Shown: positions 33,318 to 45,802 of the stretch, in pieces
Numbering within the stretch: the first letter of the stretch is position 1
Layout: each line of letters begins with the position of its first letter
DNA from: Vicinamibacterales bacterium
GTDB lineage: Bacteria > Acidobacteriota > Vicinamibacteria > Vicinamibacterales > UBA8438
Reading direction: 5' to 3'
DNA length: 64,000 nucleotides
NCBI GenBank assembly: GCA_965249175.1
Contig: OZ252227.1
Location: 1,731,762-1,795,761, forward strand
Made by a program: the position numbers and the translations under genes
The notes under the pieces: generated by a model
What the model was told of the DNA's origin: nothing
Seen by the model: only the letters and a program-made list of their open reading frames with translations
Databases searched by the model: none

Positions 33318-34721
33318 TCATGTCCCCTGTTCGACGCTGCTCGTGTCGGCGTCGCGCCGGCACAGCTTGTCGGTCACCCCGGCGGTGAAGAGGTCGCCGC
33401 AGACGTTCACCGCGCTACGCGACATATCCAGCAAACGATCCATCGGCAGGATGATACCGATCACGCCCGGCGGAATACCGAACAGCGTGAGCACATCCTG
33501 AATCACCTTCACGCTGCCGCCAGGGACGCCGGGGGTGCCGACCGAGTACAGCACGATCAACGCGGCGATGCTGACGAGCGTGCCGACCGTCACGGTGACG
33601 CCGGCGGACTCGCCGAACAGCGAAATCAGGAACACGATCGCCATGACCTGATACACGCTGGTGCCGTCCATGTTGACGGTGGCGCCCAGCGGCACAGTGG
33701 TGCGGGCGATCTCCGGGGCGACGCCAAAGTTTTCCTCGGCGGCCTTCATCGTGTAGGGCATCGCGACCGACGAACTGGCGGTGGAAAAGGTAATGAGCAC
33801 CGGCTCACGCACGGCGCGCGCAATCTGCCGCAGCGTCATCCCGCGCATCACCTTGGTTGCCGCAGCGTAGAGGATCATCGGCGTGAGCAGGCCGATGTAG
33901 ATCGCCAGCGCGAAACCGATCATGGCGAACATGGCCGTCACGCTCCGCTGCTTGACGATCGCGTCGAACATGAAACCAAACGTCGCGAACGGCACCAGGA
34001 TCATGGTCCACGACAGCAGCCGGAGAAACAGGCCCATGCCGTATTCGGCCATCCGCACCGCAAGTCTGGCCCCCTCGACCATCGCGCCCTCCGCCATGTT
34101 GAGGATGGCCATGGTGCCCACCCCGACCGCGACCGCGATCGTGATGATCTGGAGCAGGTTGCCCTCCAGGAACGGGTTGATGAGGTTGCCCCGCGGGATC
34201 ATCTCGCGGAGGATGGCCATCGCGCCCGGCGGGCCGGTCGTCACCGGCAGCTCACCCGCCGATGCCACCGTGGCCGCGACGAGTCTGGCGTCCACCATCG
34301 CGGTGGCGAGCGGCATCAGCACCGAGGCCAGCACCGCGCCGACGGTGACCGCCAATACCGTCGTGCAGGCATACGTGGCGATGGCGGTGAGCCCGACGCG
34401 CCTCACCGCACCCAGATCGCTGTTGCTCACGATGCCGACGAATACCGACAGCGCCACGACCGGAGGGACCAGCAGGTTGATGAAGATCAGGAACACGGTC
34501 CCGAACCTCAGCGTCACCCCGTTGAGCGCCGTCGCCGCTCGTGGGAACAGCCCCAGATCGAACGCCAGAAATCCCACCAGTGGCGCCAGCGCCATCGCGA
34601 TCAGCGCCTGCTTCCACAGCTGGGCGGCGAGCATCCAGCGCACCAGCACGAAGAGCTGCTCCGGAAAACCACCAACCACACCCGCGAGGGGGTTGTCGCG
34701 CTTCTCACGCATTGCGGTCAA
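33318..34721 (-). CDS. Dicarboxylate/amino acid:cation symporter (DAACS)
   Basis: FSTASSS, PLGATVNMDG, DRLLDMSRSAVNVCGD. Confidence 0.93.
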   Translation of the reverse strand: MTAMREKRDNPLAGVVGGFPEQLFVLVRWMLAAQLWKQALIAMALAPLVGFLAFDLGLFPRAATALNGVTLRFGTVFLIFINLLVPPVVALSVFVGIVSNSDLGAVRRVGLTAIATYACTTVLAVTVGAVLASVLMPLATAMVDARLVAATVASAGELPVTTGPPGAMAILREMIPRGNLINPFLEGNLLQIITIAVAVGVGTMAILNMAEGAMVEGARLAVRMAEYGMGLFLRLLSWTMILVPFATFGFMFDAIVKQRSVTAMFAMIGFALAIYIGLLTPMILYAAATKVMRGMTLRQIARAVREPVLITFSTASSSVAMPYTMKAAEENFGVAPEIARTTVPLGATVNMDGTSVYQVMAIVFLISLFGESAGVTVTVGTLVSIAALIVLYSVGTPGVPGGSVKVIQDVLTLFGIPPGVIGIILPMDRLLDMSRSAVNVCGDLFTAGVTDKLCRRDADTSSVEQGT

Positions 34722-34816
34722 CTGACGTCCACGGAGGGAGGGCCATCGAAGGGAGTGATCATACAGGCGGCATCATCGTGAGAACCGGACAGCCGACGGT
34801 TCCGTATACACCAGCG

Positions 34817-35554
34817 ATGAAGGCCCACTCCCCGCTCCGCCTGCTGCCGGTTCTGTTCGCCATCGCCCTGCACGGCTGCGTGGACATCATCCTCGATCAG
34901 GAGAGCGTCTACGGGTCGGGAACGATCGGCGAGGAGACCTACACGTTCACCGATCTGGCCGGTGTCCACCTGTCGACGCTCGGCGAGCTGGACATCCGTC
35001 TTGGGGATCGGGAGGAGCTCAGAATCGAAACCGACGACAACCTGCTGCCCTATTTCGAGGCGGAGCAGGTCGGCGACGTCCTGAGAATCCGTGGCCGGCG
35101 AGGTGTCAGGCTGCGGCCGTCCGCAGAGGTCCGCTATACCCTCACCGTGGGGTCCCTCGAGCATATCGCGCTCTCCAGCAGCGGGAACGCGCACGCGCCT
35201 GCACTATCGGCGGACCGCTTCGAGGTCGACATCACCAGCTCCGGCGACCTGTCGATGGAGCGCATCGACGCCGATGCACTCGACATCGGCATCAGTAGTT
35301 CCGGCAACGTCACGATTCATGACGGCGCGGTCGAGGAGCAGGACATCCGCATCAGCAGCTCTGGGGACTACGACGGCGAATCCGTGCGGAGTGGCCATGC
35401 CACCGCCCGGCTGAGCAGCAGCGGGAGCGCGCGGCTGTGGGTGGAGGAGTCGCTCGACGCGAGGCTGAGCAGCAGTGGATCCGTCTACTACGCCGGTGAG
35501 CCCCAGGTATCCGACAGCCGCAGCTCGTCCGGTCGCGTGCGGCGCATTCGCTGA
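34817..35554 (+). CDS. Lipoprotein with DUF2807 / adhesin-head-like beta-helix
   Basis: Lipobox-like LHGC; IETDDNLL; repeated SSSG units; GSVYY.GEP. Confidence 0.8.
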   Translation: MKAHSPLRLLPVLFAIALHGCVDIILDQESVYGSGTIGEETYTFTDLAGVHLSTLGELDIRLGDREELRIETDDNLLPYFEAEQVGDVLRIRGRRGVRLRPSAEVRYTLTVGSLEHIALSSSGNAHAPALSADRFEVDITSSGDLSMERIDADALDIGISSSGNVTIHDGAVEEQDIRISSSGDYDGESVRSGHATARLSSSGSARLWVEESLDARLSSSGSVYYAGEPQVSDSRSSSGRVRRIR

Positions 35555-35678
35555 CGGCCCCCCTCGTCAACCCTGATCCATCGCGGACAGCCCGGCCTAT
35601 TGCGCTACGGCGCGACCAGGTCCATCATTGCCTAGGCCTACATGGGCGACGGTCGGATGTCCGAATGAGGAGGGTCAG

Positions 35679-36686
35679 ATGAGCCATCGATGTCTCGCCG
35701 TGGTGTTGATCGTGATCGGCGTCGTGGCGCTTGCGCCGGTATCCGCAGCGGCTCAGTCCGCGAACACGACGGCCGCGACTCGGACGGCGTGGGGCGACCC
35801 CGCGCTACAGGGCATCTGGGACTTTCGCTCCATCACGCCGCTCCAGCGGCCCGAGGAGTTCTCGGACCGCGAGTTCCTGACCGCGGAAGAGGCAGCCAAC
35901 CTCGAACAAGCGACCGCGGACCGAGAGGCTGAGCTACTGAATCGCCCGGCCCAACGGACCGAGGCCGGCGGCAACGTCGACCGCGGTGAGAACGGGGCGC
36001 TCGGCGCCTATAACGATTTCTGGCTGGACCGCGGGACCACGACCCAGGGGAACCGGCGCACGTCGCTGATCGTGGACCCGCCAAACGGACGGATGCCGCC
36101 GGTCACGGCGGACGCCCAGCGGCGCCGGGACGCGCGCGCGGAGTATCGCCGGGAGCATCCCGCCGATTCGTGGGAGGATCGCGGCCTGAATGACCGGTGC
36201 ATGTTCACCACCGGATTGCCGATGGTCCCGAGCGCATACAACAACAACGCCCATGTGTTTCAGACGCCGGATCACGTCGCGATCCTCATCGAGATGACCC
36301 ACACCCTGCGCGTCATCCCGCTGGACGGGCGTCCGAGACGCGACGAGCCGATCCGGCAGTTCGTGGGGGATTCGCGCGGCCACTGGGAGGGCGACACCCT
36401 GGTTGTCGAGACGATGCATTTCAACCGGTTGACCGGCGTGCGGGGATCCACTCCCAACGCGCGTCTGGTCGAGCGCTTCACGAGGGTCGGCCCCGACACC
36501 CTCGACTACGCGTTCACGGTGGAGGATTCCGACACGTGGACGAGCCCCTGGACGGCGCGGGTGGAGCTGATGCGGACCGACGAGCCGCTCTACGAGTATG
36601 CCTGCCACGAAGGGAACTACTCGATGGAGGGGATTCTCGCGGGTGCGCGTGCGGACGAGCGCGAGGCCGCCGAAGGCTCACGGTAG
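35679..36686 (+). CDS. Exported uncharacterised protein, same family as 30510, paralog 2
   Basis: Signal peptide (AAA-Q); WGDPALQGIWD, GDSRGHWEGDTLVVET, YEYACHEGNY. Confidence 0.85.
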   Translation: MSHRCLAVVLIVIGVVALAPVSAAAQSANTTAATRTAWGDPALQGIWDFRSITPLQRPEEFSDREFLTAEEAANLEQATADREAELLNRPAQRTEAGGNVDRGENGALGAYNDFWLDRGTTTQGNRRTSLIVDPPNGRMPPVTADAQRRRDARAEYRREHPADSWEDRGLNDRCMFTTGLPMVPSAYNNNAHVFQTPDHVAILIEMTHTLRVIPLDGRPRRDEPIRQFVGDSRGHWEGDTLVVETMHFNRLTGVRGSTPNARLVERFTRVGPDTLDYAFTVEDSDTWTSPWTARVELMRTDEPLYEYACHEGNYSMEGILAGARADEREAAEGSR

Positions 36687-36728
36687 CCAAAGCGCGCACG
36701 GCGCGCGGGGGATTGGGCGAAGCCCCAT

Positions 36729-37409
36729 CTAATAAGTGACGAGATAGTAACCGAGCTTGATGTACTCGTTGTTGACCGTGATCAGGCCGTCCTCGTGGCG
36801 CCACCAGTTCGTCGCGTCGAACGACGCGTACGGGGCCGGCGTCATCTGCAGGGTGTGGGGGGAGGCCTCGAACACCCGACCGAAGATCCAGCGCGCCCGC
36901 CGCGTATGGAACGCACTCGTCACGAGCGCGAGCGGTCCATCGGCGCGTCGCTCGTCGAGGTAGCGCTTGACGGTCAGCGCCTCGTCATAGGTCGACGTGA
37001 CGCCGTACTCCTCACCCAGAACCACGATGGCAGAGCGCGGTACCCCGTAGAGCTCCAGCGTCATGACGAGTATCTCGGTGTGGCTCGGGAGGGGCCTGGC
37101 TCGCTGCGCCTCGGTCATCCTCACGTGACACACGAGCACGACCTGTGCGAGCCCCCGCTTGTAGAGCTCGGCAACCCGACGCGGGCGCTCTTCAGTGTCG
37201 CCTGCAAGCAATACCACGAACTCGGACGGCGTCAGCGCGTCCTCGACGACGAGGAACTCGGCCGCGGTTTGCAGAATGGCCGCGCGTGACACCCACAACG
37301 CCACAACGAGACCGGCGGCGACGGCTAGTCCAACCAGCACGGTTCGACGTCGAAACGGATTGAACCTGCCGCGTGTGGAGGGACTCGTCGTCTTGGGCCT
37401 CGCTGTCAC
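36729..37409 (-). CDS. YdcF/DUF218-family protein
   Basis: N-terminal TM; VVLLAG, STYDEA, LVTSAFHTRRA; GTG start overlapping the upstream TGA. Confidence 0.85.
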   Translation of the reverse strand: MTARPKTTSPSTRGRFNPFRRRTVLVGLAVAAGLVVALWVSRAAILQTAAEFLVVEDALTPSEFVVLLAGDTEERPRRVAELYKRGLAQVVLVCHVRMTEAQRARPLPSHTEILVMTLELYGVPRSAIVVLGEEYGVTSTYDEALTVKRYLDERRADGPLALVTSAFHTRRARWIFGRVFEASPHTLQMTPAPYASFDATNWWRHEDGLITVNNEYIKLGYYLVTY

Positions 37410-38149
37410 CGATACAGTGGGTTCGGGTGATCGAACCGGCAACCCGCGTCCCATTCCGAACGCTGGTTGCCGTGGGCGGGCACTCCGCCCGCGTCCTTGA
37501 GCAGTCGCGCGAAATGCAGCAGGTTCCAGGTCATGAACGTGGTGTTGCGGTTGGTGAAGTCGTTCTCCGGCCCGCCCGAGCCCTCGTCGAGATACGAAGG
37601 CCCCGGGCCCGCCTCACCGAGCCACGCGGCGTCCGCCTGCGGCGGGATGGCGTAGCCGAGGTGTTGCAGCGAGTACAGGATGTTCATCGCGCAGTGCTTC
37701 GCGCCGTCCTCGTTCCCGGTGATGAGGCAGCCACCGACGCGACCGTAGTAGGCGTATTGGCCTTGCGCGTTGAGCAGATGCGAGGCCGCGTAGAGCCGTT
37801 CGATGGCCCGGGTGCAGACGGACGTCTTCTCGCCGAGCCAGATGCTCGACCCGACGACGAGGATATCGGCGGCCAGCACTTTCTCCAGGATCGGAGGCCA
37901 CTCGTCATGGTCCCACCCATGTTCGCGCATGTCCGGGTAGACGCCGGGCGCGATATCGAAATCGACCGGTCGCAGGACCTCGACACGCACCCCGTTCTTC
38001 TCCATGATGGCGCGCGAGATCCCGATCAGGCCCTCGGTGTGAGACAGCTCGGGGCTCCGCTTGAGCGTGCAGTTGAGGAAAATCGCCGAGAGGTCCTGAA
38101 AGTCCCAGCGGCTGGTGGCGCACAAGCGCTCCTGCGCGTCGTTGAGCAT
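37406..38149 (-). CDS. Flavodoxin-like NADPH-dependent FMN reductase family protein
   Basis: NCTLKRSP..SHT, ADILVVGSSIWLG, TGNEDG. Confidence 0.85.
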   Translation of the reverse strand: MLNDAQERLCATSRWDFQDLSAIFLNCTLKRSPELSHTEGLIGISRAIMEKNGVRVEVLRPVDFDIAPGVYPDMREHGWDHDEWPPILEKVLAADILVVGSSIWLGEKTSVCTRAIERLYAASHLLNAQGQYAYYGRVGGCLITGNEDGAKHCAMNILYSLQHLGYAIPPQADAAWLGEAGPGPSYLDEGSGGPENDFTNRNTTFMTWNLLHFARLLKDAGGVPAHGNQRSEWDAGCRFDHPNPLYR

Positions 38150-38165
38150 GAGGGGCTCCTCTCCG

Positions 38166-38708
38166 TCAGCGCCGATGGTCGAAGACGTGCTCGACTTCGA
38201 CCGTCATGATGCCGCCGCCAAGCTCGGTGACGTTGTCACCCGCGAGGCGCTCACCCAACGCGCCGAACCGGGCGTCGACCTCGGGTGGCTGTGGCGGCAG
38301 GGGAAACTGCACGAGGATGCGCACCTGACCGGTCGGCCACCTGAACGTGTTGATGCGCGTCCAGAACTGACCGTCCAGTACCGCCGCGCGGCCCGTCTCC
38401 ATCAGGTTGGCCGCCGGCCATTCTTCCGCCGGCGCCGTCTCGGCAAGCTCGTGGGTTACCCGGTAGTTGACGTGGGCGCCATCCGGCAAATCCGTCGATC
38501 CCTCGACCCACAGCTCGCGCCACTCGGACCGATGGCCGACGTTGAGCTGGACCGCCTCGCCGCCTGTTCCCGCGGCACCGGCAGGCTCGCCGCTCTCGCT
38601 CGTCGGCCCGCACGCGCCGCCCGCGACGGCGGTCATCATCATGGCGAGACAGGCGAGGCGATCCCGGACGCGTCGCATCACGCCGGGGATTATAATCTCG
38701 GCGCTCAC
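38166..38708 (-). CDS. Hypothetical lipoprotein
   Basis: Hydrophobic stretch ending GGAC then spacer; GSTDLPDGA motif. Confidence 0.55.
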   Translation of the reverse strand: MSAEIIIPGVMRRVRDRLACLAMMMTAVAGGACGPTSESGEPAGAAGTGGEAVQLNVGHRSEWRELWVEGSTDLPDGAHVNYRVTHELAETAPAEEWPAANLMETGRAAVLDGQFWTRINTFRWPTGQVRILVQFPLPPQPPEVDARFGALGERLAGDNVTELGGGIMTVEVEHVFDHRR

Positions 38709-38737
38709 CTCTGTGCGCCAATCGTGGGCCCTCTGCC

Positions 38738-39250
38738 ATGGTCGACAGACGTCCCATCGTCGGCGTGATGGGCTCGCACGACGAGCCTCACACGACGCGC
38801 GCCAGCCAGCTCGGCGCGTGGATCGCGCGCGAGGGATACCATCTGCTGACCGGTGGTGGCGCAGGCGTCATGGAGGCAGTGACGCAGGCGTTCGTCGCGG
38901 TGATGCCTCGCCGTGGCCTCGCGATCGGCGTCGTTCCTGGCCCCGCGTCGACGGAGTACCCGAATGCGTCGGTCGAGGTCCCCGTCTACACCCATCTCGA
39001 CCACATGGGTCGAGAGGGTGACCACCCGGCGTCGCGCAACCACATCAACGTGCTCACGGCGTGGGTGGTCGTCATCCTGCCGGGCGGCGAGGGCACCGCG
39101 AGCGAGGCGCGTCTGGCACTGCGCTACGGGCGCCCGGTGATTGCGTATCTGGACCGGCGGTCGGATGTGCGGGGACTGCCCGCGGACATCCCGCTCGAGC
39201 CGCGCTTCGAACGGGTCCAGGCCTTCGTCAAAGAGGCGTGCCGGCGCTAG
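38738..39250 (+). CDS. LOG/SLOG-family protein (Mo-cofactor-carrier-like)
   Basis: VGVMGS, LTGGGAGVMEA, SRNHINV, LPGGEGTASE. Confidence 0.85.
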   Translation: MVDRRPIVGVMGSHDEPHTTRASQLGAWIAREGYHLLTGGGAGVMEAVTQAFVAVMPRRGLAIGVVPGPASTEYPNASVEVPVYTHLDHMGREGDHPASRNHINVLTAWVVVILPGGEGTASEARLALRYGRPVIAYLDRRSDVRGLPADIPLEPRFERVQAFVKEACRR

Positions 39251-40525
39251 TCAGGTCGCCAGGCGTTTGCGCACCGCGGCCAGCTGCACTGCGGTCACGA
39301 ACAGCGGCATCGCCCGGTCGATCTCCTCGAGCGACGAGAAGGTGGGTGCCAGCCGGATGTTGTGATCCTCGGGATCGCGTCCGTACGGGAAGGGCGCGCC
39401 GGCCGGCGTGAGCTTCAGCCCGGCCTCACCCGCCAGCCGCACCGTGTCGGTGGCGACCCCCCGCGGCGTCTCGAACGAGATGAAATAGCCGCCGCGCGGC
39501 GTGGACCACGTCGCGATGCCGTCGGCTCCGAGCCCGTCGCGGAGATGCCGGAGCACCAGCTCGAACTTCGGACGCACGATGGCGGCGTGCCGGCGCATGT
39601 GCGCGCGGAGGCCGTCCGCATCCTTGAGGAAGCGAATATGGCGAAGCTGATTCAGCTTGTCCGGGCCGATGGTCTGGACCGCGAGGCGCGCCGTGAAGGC
39701 GGCCAGGTTCGCCGGCGAGGCCGCCATGAACGAGACACCGGCGCCGGCCCGGGTGACCTTCGACGTCGACCCGAACACCACGACGCTGTCGGCTGTCCCC
39801 GCGGCGCGGCAGCGCTCGAGCACGTTGGCGAGCACTGGCGGGTCGTCGTCCAGGTCGTGCATGGCGTAGGCGTTGTCCCAGATAATGCGGAAGTGTGGTC
39901 CCGCAATCGTCGCCAGCCGCGCAAACCGGTCGACCACGGCGTCGGAGTAGACCTCACCTGAGGGATTGGAATACTTCGGGACGCACCAGATTCCCTTGAT
40001 GTGGGGGTCCGCACCAACGAGTGCCTCGATCTGATCCATGTCGGGACCGTCGGCGCGCATCCGCACGTTGATCAGCTCGAAGCCCAGCTCCTGGGTGATC
40101 GCGAAGTGGCGGTCATATCCCGGCACGACGCAGAGAAACTTGAGGACGCCCTCCTCCCGGCGCCACGCGGTCTCCGGCCCGAGCGGCCCATGGAGCCACG
40201 CGCCCAGCAGGTACTGATACATCAGGGTGAGGCTGGAGTTCCCGCCGGCGATGACCTCCTCGGGCTGAACGTCGAGCAGGGCGCCGCCGAGGGCGCGTGC
40301 GCCCGCGAGGCCGGTCAGACCGCCGTAGTTCCGCGCGTCGACACCGTCCGAGATGAAGTCGCCGTCGATCACGTGCTCCATCGCATCGGAGAGCGCCAGT
40401 TGCTCCGCGCTCGGCTTGCCGCGCGTCAGGTCGAGGCGGAGACCGTGGCGGCGATGCTCGCCGTAACGCGTCGAGAGGGCACGCTGTCGCGCCGCGAGCT
40501 CATCGTGGCTCAGATCGTCGAGCAT
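39251..40525 (-). CDS. PLP-dependent aminotransferase class I/II (aspartate aminotransferase-like)
   Basis: [41 protein letters not shown]. Confidence 0.9.
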   Translation of the reverse strand: MLDDLSHDELAARQRALSTRYGEHRRHGLRLDLTRGKPSAEQLALSDAMEHVIDGDFISDGVDARNYGGLTGLAGARALGGALLDVQPEEVIAGGNSSLTLMYQYLLGAWLHGPLGPETAWRREEGVLKFLCVVPGYDRHFAITQELGFELINVRMRADGPDMDQIEALVGADPHIKGIWCVPKYSNPSGEVYSDAVVDRFARLATIAGPHFRIIWDNAYAMHDLDDDPPVLANVLERCRAAGTADSVVVFGSTSKVTRAGAGVSFMAASPANLAAFTARLAVQTIGPDKLNQLRHIRFLKDADGLRAHMRRHAAIVRPKFELVLRHLRDGLGADGIATWSTPRGGYFISFETPRGVATDTVRLAGEAGLKLTPAGAPFPYGRDPEDHNIRLAPTFSSLEEIDRAMPLFVTAVQLAAVRKRLAT

Positions 40526-40563
40526 GGCGTGGTCCAAGGAGTGGTCACTATAATGACACGGCC

Positions 40564-43653
<3,090 letters not shown>

Positions 43654-43657
<4 letters not shown>

Positions 43658-44853
43658 GGCAGCACACCCGTGTCGCGCGCCGCGCCGACGATGGCGCCGA
43701 GGGCCGCGTCGAGGTCGGCCTGCGCGTGCGTGGCCATGGGCGCGATGCGGAGTCGCGCCGTGCCATCGGGCACGGTCGGCGGTCGGATTGCCGGGATGAG
43801 GACGCCGCGTTCGAGCAGGAGGCGGCTCATGCGCATGGCGCGCGCGGTGTCCCCGACCAGCAGCGGCAGAATCGGCGAGACGCTCGGGCCGAGGCGGAAT
43901 CCAGCCACGCTCAGGTCGTCGCGGAGGTGCTCCGCGTGCGACCACAGACGCGCACGACGCTCGGGTCCGTTGATGACGAGGTCGACCGCCACGCGCGCGG
44001 CGGCGACGACGGGGGGTGGCAATGCTGTCGTGTAGACGAACGGCCGTGCTGCATTGATCAGCCAGTCGATCAGCGCCTGACTACCCGCCACGAAACCACC
44101 GAGGGCCCCCAGCGCCTTGCTCAATGTGCCGATCTGCACATCCACCTCGTCGGCCAGGCCGGTGTGTTCCACCAGTCCACCGCCGCGCGGGCCGAAGACG
44201 CCCGTGGCGTGCGCCTCGTCCACGATGACCCAGGCGTCCCGGCGTCGTGCCACCTCGACGATCGACTCGAGCGGCGCCAGATCGCCATCCATGCCGAAGA
44301 GCGTCTCGGTGACGATCGCTCGCTGGGCGGCCGCCGGCGACGCGGCCAACAGCGCATCGAGATGATCGACGTCGGCGTGACGATAGACGTGGATCGCCGC
44401 GCGCGACAGGCGACAGCCGTCGATGAGGCTCGCGTGGTTCAGCGCGTCGCTGAAGATCGCGTCCGCCGGACCCATGAGCGCTGGGAGCACGCCGATGTTG
44501 GCGTGGTACCCCGACGAGAACAGTACCGCCGCGTCGGTGTGCTTGAGGGCGGCGAGCGCTGCCTCGAGGTCGGCGTGCGCCGCGGTCGACCCAGCGATGA
44601 GCCGAGCGGAGCCTGCACCCGCACCGGCGGCGGCGGCCGCTTCGGCGGCGGCGCGCGTCACGGCCGGATGGGTCGCCAGGCCCAGATAGTCGTTCGAGGC
44701 GAGCTGAATGATGGGACGTCCGTCGATTGTCGTGGATGGGGCCGGCCCGGCGTCGAGCGTTCGCAGGCGCCGGCGCAGGCCGCGACCGTCCTGGGCCGCG
44801 AGCCGGTCGCTCAACACCCTATCGAGCCGCGACCGTGGGGGTGCTCCGATCAT
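43654..44853 (-). CDS. bioF: 8-amino-7-oxononanoate synthase
   Basis: SNDYLGL, FSSGYHAN, DALNHASLIDG, DEAHATG, GTLSKALG, IRPPTVP. Start 44853 or 44862. Confidence 0.94.
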
Positions 44854-45057
44854 CGGCCGCATCGTACCACTGTGTTGGAGTCCCCCGGGGTCGATGGCGC
44901 AGCGCTCAGTGTGGGGTAGCGCTCGTCGTTGAGCAGCTCGCCAACCTGCAGCCGGTTCGCCGACCCCACCGCTCGTGCACTGTCGCGGGCGATGCGTTCG
45001 GCGCCACCTGTGTCCTTTCGGGCATGATAGGGACCGCGGCGGAGAGGGGAGGCAGCC

Positions 45058-45477
45058 ATGACGAACAACGCGGGTCGCGTCGCGACGGTGCTGGTGCTGG
45101 CCGCATGGGGTGTGGCCTGCGCGGCTGCCGGTGCGCAAGGTGAGAAGCTTGACATTGACGAGCTGAAGCAGCAGCTCGACTCCGGCGCCACGATGCTGCT
45201 CATCGATGTGCGGGAAGAGCACGAGATCGCGAGTGGGTCCATTCCCGGTGCGATTCACATCCCGGTCGGCGACCTCGAAGCGCGCATGGCCGACATCCCG
45301 AAGGACATTCGGCTCGTCTTCTTTTGAAATGGCGGAGGCCGGAGCTCCCGGGCGAAGGAGCTCTTCACCGCGAACGGATACGAGACGGTCGAGTTCTGCG
45401 CGCTGAACGACTGGAAGGCGAGGGGCTACGAGCTGGGCGAGACGGCGAAGCCGAGGCCGGGGCGCATCCGGCCCTGA
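45058..45477 (+). CDS. Exported rhodanese-domain protein, probable selenoprotein (TGA at 45325-45327)
   Basis: IDVRE...IPGAIHIP...LVFF-TGA-NGGGRS: the TGA is at the catalytic Cys position (CxxGxRS). The frame continues with the rhodanese C-terminus to TGA 45475. Confidence 0.8.
45332..45371 (+). promoter_or_regulatory. Candidate bacterial SECIS stem-loop
   Basis: GAGCTCC (45342-45348) / GGAGCTC (45357-45363), loop CGGGCGAA, 14 nt after the UGA; lower GCGG/CCGC stem. Confidence 0.6.
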
Positions 45478-45503
45478 ACGGTTTTGCAGTGAGCCCTGTT
45501 ACC

Positions 45504-45640
45504 CGGGGCCTGCCGGCCGCGCACATCCCTCCAGAAACCGGCTCGCCTCGGGGCGCGTCGTGCCGCTTTCAGGGAGGCGGTGCTTCGTCTCGCCAAAGGC
45601 AGACGGTTTCTTCTGGGATGTGCGCGTCCAGCAGGCCCCG
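45504..45640. ncRNA. Unassigned long imperfect hairpin (candidate structured RNA or palindromic element)
   Basis: Hand pairing gives a nearly continuous rod across 137 nt in an intergenic region; strand and expression unknown. Confidence 0.4.
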
Positions 45641-45802
45641 ACACGGCCCCTGTGGGCTGCAGGACTGTCGTCATCCGGATACACTCCGTTGCCCGCCCTT
45701 CTGGACAGACGGCCTGGTCCGTTGCGCAGATCTGCACATGAACTGGGCTGACACGCGTGACGATAGTGGTTGGCAAGCGGTTTGCTCGAGTACGATGTCT
45801 CG

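Noticed and set aside
34817-35554. Periodic SSSG repeats as a possible CRISPR or tandem DNA array
   Set aside because: In-frame beta-helix protein repeats; no spacers and no cas genes.
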